The position numbers were made by a program, and so were the translations under genes. The notes under the pieces are model-generated. The model was not told the origin of the DNA, made no database searches, and saw only the letters and a list, made by a program, of their open reading frames with translations. A stretch of 64,000 nucleotides of DNA from IMG/VR virus record IMGVR_UViG_3300021957_000015, positions 15,170 through 79,169 of that record; one strand, 5' to 3'. Of this stretch, positions 59,109-64,000 are shown piece after piece; positions within the stretch are counted from its first letter, which is position 1, and every line of letters starts with the position of its first letter. This stretch comes from a virus.

Positions 59109-60523
59109 TGTTATTAGATATAGAACAAAAAGAAAACGAAGTCATAATTAGTTACTATGACAAAGAAGGTAAAGTATCTTTTAAAAGGTATTCAGTTAAT
59201 AAATTTGAAAACTGGGTAGTCACCAATGACAAAGATCGTTGGAGAGACAACACGTATACCAATTGGGATGGAAGGCCAATTAAAAGATCTATTTCTAAAA
59301 GCTTTAATAAATTTAGTTTACTATATTTCATGGATTCCTTACCAAAAAAGGATCAAGAAGAAATATTTGAATTCAATATGCCACGTACATATTTCGTAGA
59401 TATTGAAACCGAAATCGTAGATGGTTTTCCTAAAGCAGAAGAAGCCAAAACTAGAATCTTATCATTTTCTATTATTACCCCAGAACGTAAAGCTATTGTT
59501 TTAGGTTTGGAAGATATGAGTTCTGATCAAATAAAAAAAATAGAAGAAGACACCAATAAACATTTTAAGGATTACGATCAGGATTGGGAATTTAGTTACT
59601 ACAAATTTGATGATGAGTATAACATGGTGTATACATTTCTTCATAAATTCTTACCTAAGTTCCCAATGATGACAGGGTGGAACTTCATCAACTATGACTG
59701 GCAATATATAGTTAACAGATGTAAACGTTTACAAATAGACCTAACTGATGTGGCTATTACTGGCTCTTTAGATAGAAATGATAGTCGTCCTCTTCACATG
59801 GGAATATTAGATTACATGCAATTGTATGATAAATATGATAGATCAGTTGCTGTAAAAGAATCTAACTCGCTTGATTTTGTATCTGGTGCTGTATTAGATG
59901 TGGCAAAAATTAAATATACCGGAGGCTTACAAGAACTTTATGAAAACAATTTCCAAAAGTATATTTATTATAACGTTGTCGATTCATGTCTAGTATACTA
60001 CATAGATAAGCAACTTAGATCTATGGAAGTACTTTTAACATTAGCAACTATTACTAGAATGCCACTTTATAAAGCAGCTTCTCCGGTGGCGATGACAGAA
60101 GCACTAATGGCTAGAAAGTTAATTAGCCAGAATAAAAAAATTGGAATGGAATGGAATAAAGAAGATGCTAAGAAGGACGGTAAATATGAAGGAGCATTCG
60201 TTAAGCAGCCTATTGTAGGTTATTACTCTGGTGTTTCAGCATTTGATTTTGCATCTCTGTATCCTTCAATTATGCGTCAATTTAATATATCCCCAGATGC
60301 ATTTGTTGAGCAAGTAAATGAAATAGACATTCCAGAAAGAAGAAAAGATAAAAGCGTAATTGTTTGCGAAAACGGAGTAGTTTATAAGAAAGAAGATAGT
60401 ATTTTAAAAAAAATATTAGCAGACCTATATGATCAACGTAAACAATACAAAAAGACTTCATATGAGTATTATGAAAAGGCATATGAACTTGAAAAAAAAT
60501 TAAATAAAAAAATTAAAGTCTAA
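59108..60523 (+). CDS. gp43: Family B DNA polymerase, N-terminal subunit (exonuclease + motif A) of a split enzyme
   Basis: ExoI DIET, ExoII GWNFINYD, ExoIII YNVVD; YEGAFV; motif A DFASLYPSI; ends in the first fingers helix; no KxxxNSxYG or DTDS. Confidence 0.88.
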   Translation: MLLDIEQKENEVIISYYDKEGKVSFKRYSVNKFENWVVTNDKDRWRDNTYTNWDGRPIKRSISKSFNKFSLLYFMDSLPKKDQEEIFEFNMPRTYFVDIETEIVDGFPKAEEAKTRILSFSIITPERKAIVLGLEDMSSDQIKKIEEDTNKHFKDYDQDWEFSYYKFDDEYNMVYTFLHKFLPKFPMMTGWNFINYDWQYIVNRCKRLQIDLTDVAITGSLDRNDSRPLHMGILDYMQLYDKYDRSVAVKESNSLDFVSGAVLDVAKIKYTGGLQELYENNFQKYIYYNVVDSCLVYYIDKQLRSMEVLLTLATITRMPLYKAASPVAMTEALMARKLISQNKKIGMEWNKEDAKKDGKYEGAFVKQPIVGYYSGVSAFDFASLYPSIMRQFNISPDAFVEQVNEIDIPERRKDKSVIVCENGVVYKKEDSILKKILADLYDQRKQYKKTSYEYYEKAYELEKKLNKKIKV

Positions 60524-60673
60524 TTTTAGAAAAAGAAAATAGTAGCATGATATATAAAATCCTAGCAGCGCTGCTATTATTCTTACATTTTAATCGATTA
60601 GACTGGGTCTTAAACTAAGGCCCATTGTAGTCTTAACTGGAATCTGTAAAAAAATTAAAAATATAATAGCAAT

Positions 60674-61684
60674 ATGTCAAATCTCTTTAAAGAACGTTTA
60701 GAATATAAGCCGTTCGAATATCCTGAATACTACACCGAAGGTTGGCTTAAACAAGCTCAGGCTTTTTGGTTACACACCGAAATCTCAATGCAAGGTGATG
60801 TAAAAGACTGGAATGAAAACTTAATGCCACATGAAAAGAACTTAGTAGGCAATATTCTTTTGGGTTTCGCCCAAACCGAATGTGCAGTATCTGATTACTG
60901 GACAAACATGGTTACCTCTTGGTTTCCTAAACACGAAATTAGACAAATGGCAATGATGTTCGGATCACAAGAGACAATTCATGCTGTTGCATATTCATAT
61001 CTTAATGAAACTTTAGGTTTAGAAGATTTCGCAGCATTTCTTCATGAACCTGCAACTGCTGAAAAATTTGACTTTCTAACTTCAACAACAGCAGATTACA
61101 CGCATGAAGATTTACAAACAAATCCTGTAGCAAGAAAAGAAGTAGCAAGATCATTGGCTATTTTTAGTGCATTCGCAGAAGGCGTTTCATTATATTCATC
61201 ATTTGCAGTACTTTACTCGTTTCAAATGAGAAACTTACTAAAAGGTATTGGACAACAAATGAAATGGTCTGTAAGGGATGAATCATTACATAGTAAAATG
61301 GGATGTCAGCTGTTTAGAGAGATGTGTAATGAATATCCTGAATTACCTGAAGAAATTCACGCAGATGTACTTAAAGCAGCTGAATATATGGTTGAAATGG
61401 AACACAAGTTTATTGATAAAATGTTTGAGCAAGGAGATCTTGCAAATATGGAAGCTGAAAATCTAAAACATTTTATTGTTAAACGAGCTAACGAAAAAAT
61501 TGCTGAATTAGGATATAAAGAAGGGCCATTTATGGAATTAGATAATGAAAAGGCTAGTCATTTAGATTGGTTCTATCATTTAACAGGTGGACATACACAT
61601 ACAGACTTTTTTGCAATCAGACCTACTGATTATGCTAAAGCTGGAGAAGATGAAAACTGGGACGAGGACGACTTATTCGATTAA
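60674..61684 (+). CDS. nrdB: Ribonucleotide reductase class Ia beta subunit
   Basis: AFWLHTE, ETIHAVAYS, EGVSLYSSF and RDESLH di-metal motifs. Confidence 0.95.
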   Translation: MSNLFKERLEYKPFEYPEYYTEGWLKQAQAFWLHTEISMQGDVKDWNENLMPHEKNLVGNILLGFAQTECAVSDYWTNMVTSWFPKHEIRQMAMMFGSQETIHAVAYSYLNETLGLEDFAAFLHEPATAEKFDFLTSTTADYTHEDLQTNPVARKEVARSLAIFSAFAEGVSLYSSFAVLYSFQMRNLLKGIGQQMKWSVRDESLHSKMGCQLFREMCNEYPELPEEIHADVLKAAEYMVEMEHKFIDKMFEQGDLANMEAENLKHFIVKRANEKIAELGYKEGPFMELDNEKASHLDWFYHLTGGHTHTDFFAIRPTDYAKAGEDENWDEDDLFD

Positions 61685-61698
61685 TATAAATAATAAAA

Positions 61699-63531
61699 AT
61701 GAACAAAGAAGATAAAGTAAATTACGGAGCGTCCTTAGGTTGGGAGCTAGGTGTAGATTTCCCAACATGGGGAAACACAGAGATATATGTTAAAACAATA
61801 AGCAAAGGATATTGTTACCAAGATGAAACACCCAAAGATGCATACTGGAGAGTTGCAACTACGATTGCTAAAAGATTAGGTAAACCTGAACTTGCATCGA
61901 AATTCTTTGATTATATATGGAAGGGTTGGTTAAATCTAGCCTCACCTGTGCTTTCAAATACTGGATTAGAAAGAGGTTTACCTATTTCATGTTTTGGTAT
62001 TGATGTTGCGGATTCAATTCATGATATCGGTGCTAAAAACCTAGAGATGATGCTACTTGCCAAACATGGTGGTGGTGTAGGTACAGGAATTAATCAAATT
62101 AGACCAGCAGGTGCAAAAATTACAGGAAACGGTACATCAGATGGAGTTGTACCTTTTTGCAAAATATTTGACTCTACAATACTTGCCACTAATCAGGGTT
62201 CTGTTCGTAGAGGAGCAGCAAGTGTTAACATTGATATTGAACATCCTGATTTCTGGGAATGGCTAGAAATTAGAGAACCTAAGGGTGATGTCAATAGGCA
62301 ATCATTAAATTTACACCAATGTGCAGTAGTACCAGATGGTTTTATGCAAAAAGTTGAAGCCGGTGATAAAGAGTCTCGCAAAAAGTGGGCTGCGCTCTTA
62401 AGGAAGCGTAGATCTACAGGAGAGCCATATATCATGTATAAAGGAAATGTCAATAGAGCAAATCCAGAGGCATACTCTAAGAATGGATTAAAAGTTTATA
62501 TGACTAACATTTGTTCAGAAATAACATTACATACTGACGAGAATCACTCATTTGTTTGTTGCCTTTCTTCTGTAAATTTAGCAAAGTATAACGAATGGAA
62601 AGATACTGATCTGATTTACACTGCAACTTGGTTTTTAGATGGTGTTATGGAGGAGTTTATCCAAAAGGCTAAATTTATGAGAGGCTTTGAAAACTCAATT
62701 AGATCTGCAGAAAAAGGTAGAGCTTTAGGACTTGGTGTATTAGGATGGCACACATATTTACAAGAAAAGAATATTCCATTTGATTCTTTATCAGCTCAGT
62801 TCGAAACACGTAAAATATTTTCACAATTAAAAATAGAATCTGAAAGAGCATCTAGAGATTTAGCTACAGAATACGGCGAACCATTATGGTGTGTAGGAAC
62901 TGGAATGAGAAATACTCACTTAAGAGCTATTGCTCCAACAGTAACTAATTCTAAACTTAGTGGTAATGTTTCGCCAGGTATTGAACCATGGGCAGCAAAT
63001 CTATTAACAGAACAAACAGCTAAAGGTACTTTCATTAGAAAGAATCCAACATTAGAGCAAGTTTTAGATACAATAGGTAAGAATACTAAATCAACATGGG
63101 ATAAAATACTAGAAGATGGTGGATCAGTATTGGGATTACCATGGATTGAAGATTACTTTGTCTCATCATTTTCAGATAATGAAGGAACTTCAGGTATTCA
63201 AAAGCCACTAACTAAAAAGCAATTAGAAAAACTACCAACATTAGAACAAGCTGATTATATTCCAATGTCTGATGTATTTAGAACCTTCAAAGAAATTAAT
63301 CAATTAGATCTAGTAAGACAAGCGGGTATTAGACAACAATACGTTGATCAAGCTGCAAGTTTAAATCTAGCGTTTCCAAAAGAGGCAGAACCTAAATTTA
63401 TTAATCAAGTACATTTAGAAGCATATAGAAAGGGTGTAAAAACGCTTTATTATATGAGAACAGAATCAGTACTTAGAGGAGATATAGCTGCGGCAGCTAC
63501 AGATCCAGATTGTGCTGCATGTGATGGATAA
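61699..63531 (+). CDS. nrdA: Ribonucleotide reductase class Ia alpha subunit (no ATP cone)
   Basis: ASPVLSN, PISCF, GGGVG, RRGA, TNICSEI, CCLSS, IAPT, KTLYY and C-terminal CAAC. Confidence 0.95.
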   Translation: MNKEDKVNYGASLGWELGVDFPTWGNTEIYVKTISKGYCYQDETPKDAYWRVATTIAKRLGKPELASKFFDYIWKGWLNLASPVLSNTGLERGLPISCFGIDVADSIHDIGAKNLEMMLLAKHGGGVGTGINQIRPAGAKITGNGTSDGVVPFCKIFDSTILATNQGSVRRGAASVNIDIEHPDFWEWLEIREPKGDVNRQSLNLHQCAVVPDGFMQKVEAGDKESRKKWAALLRKRRSTGEPYIMYKGNVNRANPEAYSKNGLKVYMTNICSEITLHTDENHSFVCCLSSVNLAKYNEWKDTDLIYTATWFLDGVMEEFIQKAKFMRGFENSIRSAEKGRALGLGVLGWHTYLQEKNIPFDSLSAQFETRKIFSQLKIESERASRDLATEYGEPLWCVGTGMRNTHLRAIAPTVTNSKLSGNVSPGIEPWAANLLTEQTAKGTFIRKNPTLEQVLDTIGKNTKSTWDKILEDGGSVLGLPWIEDYFVSSFSDNEGTSGIQKPLTKKQLEKLPTLEQADYIPMSDVFRTFKEINQLDLVRQAGIRQQYVDQAASLNLAFPKEAEPKFINQVHLEAYRKGVKTLYYMRTESVLRGDIAAAATDPDCAACDG

Positions 63532-63584
63532 AAAATAAAGGTGTGGTTAAATCCACGCTTTAGGACCGGGATAGTTCTCGGAAC

Positions 63585-63622
63585 GAGGCCAGACGTATCG
63601 CTACTGTCTGGCCTCACTTTTT
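63585..63622 (+). terminator. Rho-independent terminator after nrdA
   Basis: GAGGCCAGAC...GTCTGGCCTC stem followed by ACTTTTT. Confidence 0.75.
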
Positions 63623-63624
63623 AT

Positions 63625-63651
63625 GAAACATTAGACTTCCTTAAAATATAA
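63625..63651 (+). promoter_or_regulatory. GAAAC-N17-TATAA promoter motif
   Basis: GAAAC attagacttccttaaaa TATAA. Confidence 0.6.
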
Positions 63652-63670
63652 TAAGTAATAAAGTAATTAT

Positions 63671-64000
63671 ATGAAGCCAACAAACCCTAACTTTTGGACA
63701 AATGTTAAAGGTCAACTAGCATTTAGAAACTTAGAAAAAGAAGAACAAGTATATCGAGATAATATATTTCCCTCATGGACTAATAATCAGATAGACGAAG
63801 CCATTGTAATTTATTATGAAGTATATGATTGCCACAGTGGAGGATATATTGATGATTCTTTATACCAGCATGGTGATTGTATTATTAAAGAAGGTGACGT
63901 TGTTCTAGATCTTGGTGCTAACATTGGTATTTTTACTAGATTTGCAAGTGATAAAGGAGCAAAAAAAGTTTATTCATTTGAACCTATTCAAGAAAACTTT
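63671..64000 (+). CDS. FkbM-family SAM-dependent methyltransferase (3' truncated by the window end)
   Basis: Translated by hand: ...IKEGDVVLDLGANIGIFTRFASDKGAKKVYSFEP. Confidence 0.85.
   Translation, partial: MKPTNPNFWTNVKGQLAFRNLEKEEQVYRDNIFPSWTNNQIDEAIVIYYEVYDCHSGGYIDDSLYQHGDCIIKEGDVVLDLGANIGIFTRFASDKGAKKVYSFEPIQENF

Larger units (their letters stand above)
1..64000 (+). other. Segment of a large T4-like (myovirus) phage genome, probable Bacteroidota host
   Basis: T4-like baseplate, neck, SSB, primase, UvsW, family B polymerase and RNR genes, all co-oriented. No host housekeeping context. Leaders are A-rich and lack SD motifs; a BACON domain is present. Confidence 0.93.

Noticed and set aside
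1253-62453. The many short minus-strand and nested ORFs in the track (e.g. 16902-17507, 18462-19064, 33195-33686)
   Set aside because: They are shadows of long plus-strand genes, with no recognisable motifs or initiation context
59108-63531. Intein or group I intron in the polymerase or nrdAB
   Set aside because: No intein termini or homing endonuclease; nrdA and nrdB are continuous; the gap after the polymerase is only about 150 nt and leads into nrdB
1-64000. CRISPR array, tRNA, rRNA, integrase or transposase
   Set aside because: No regularly spaced repeat-spacer pattern, cloverleaf or recombinase motif was seen by eye; a tRNAscan/Infernal run would be needed for certainty

Overview
This is a 64-kb, AT-rich, gene-dense segment of a large T4-like myovirus (probably a jumbo phage). 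All credible genes lie on the + strand. The host is probably Bacteroidota (Flavobacteriia): there is a BACON domain, A-rich leaders without Shine-Dalgarno motifs, and a TAnnTTTG-like early promoter. From start to end: (1) 1-37.2 kb is a baseplate/neck/tail module (gp53-, gp5-, gp13-, gp25-, gp6- and gp3-like genes, giant Ig/PT-repeat, collagen and BACON proteins), interrupted by a ribosomal protein S1-like gene and an amidoligase. (2) 38.7-43.9 kb holds replication/recombination genes (RuvC-like, gp32 SSB, primase, UvsY-like, UvsW). (3) 37.2-38.7 and 43.9-52.3 kb hold proteins with T4-like capsid-targeting motifs and repeated (L/I/V)xE cleavage-type linkers, including modular polyproteins and an RNA-ligase-like + HxGH nucleotidyltransferase pair. 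(4) 52.3-53.7 kb has small early genes behind a repeated promoter. (5) 53.9-59.1 kb is a putative DNA base hypermodification cluster. (6) The end holds the N-terminal half of a split family B DNA polymerase, nrdB, nrdA and a truncated FkbM methyltransferase. Three promoter motif classes and several structured leaders are visible. The best candidate for a new system is a capsid-packaged, protease-processed cargo system built from cassette-like modules. All family calls come from motif recognition by eye, not from database searches.
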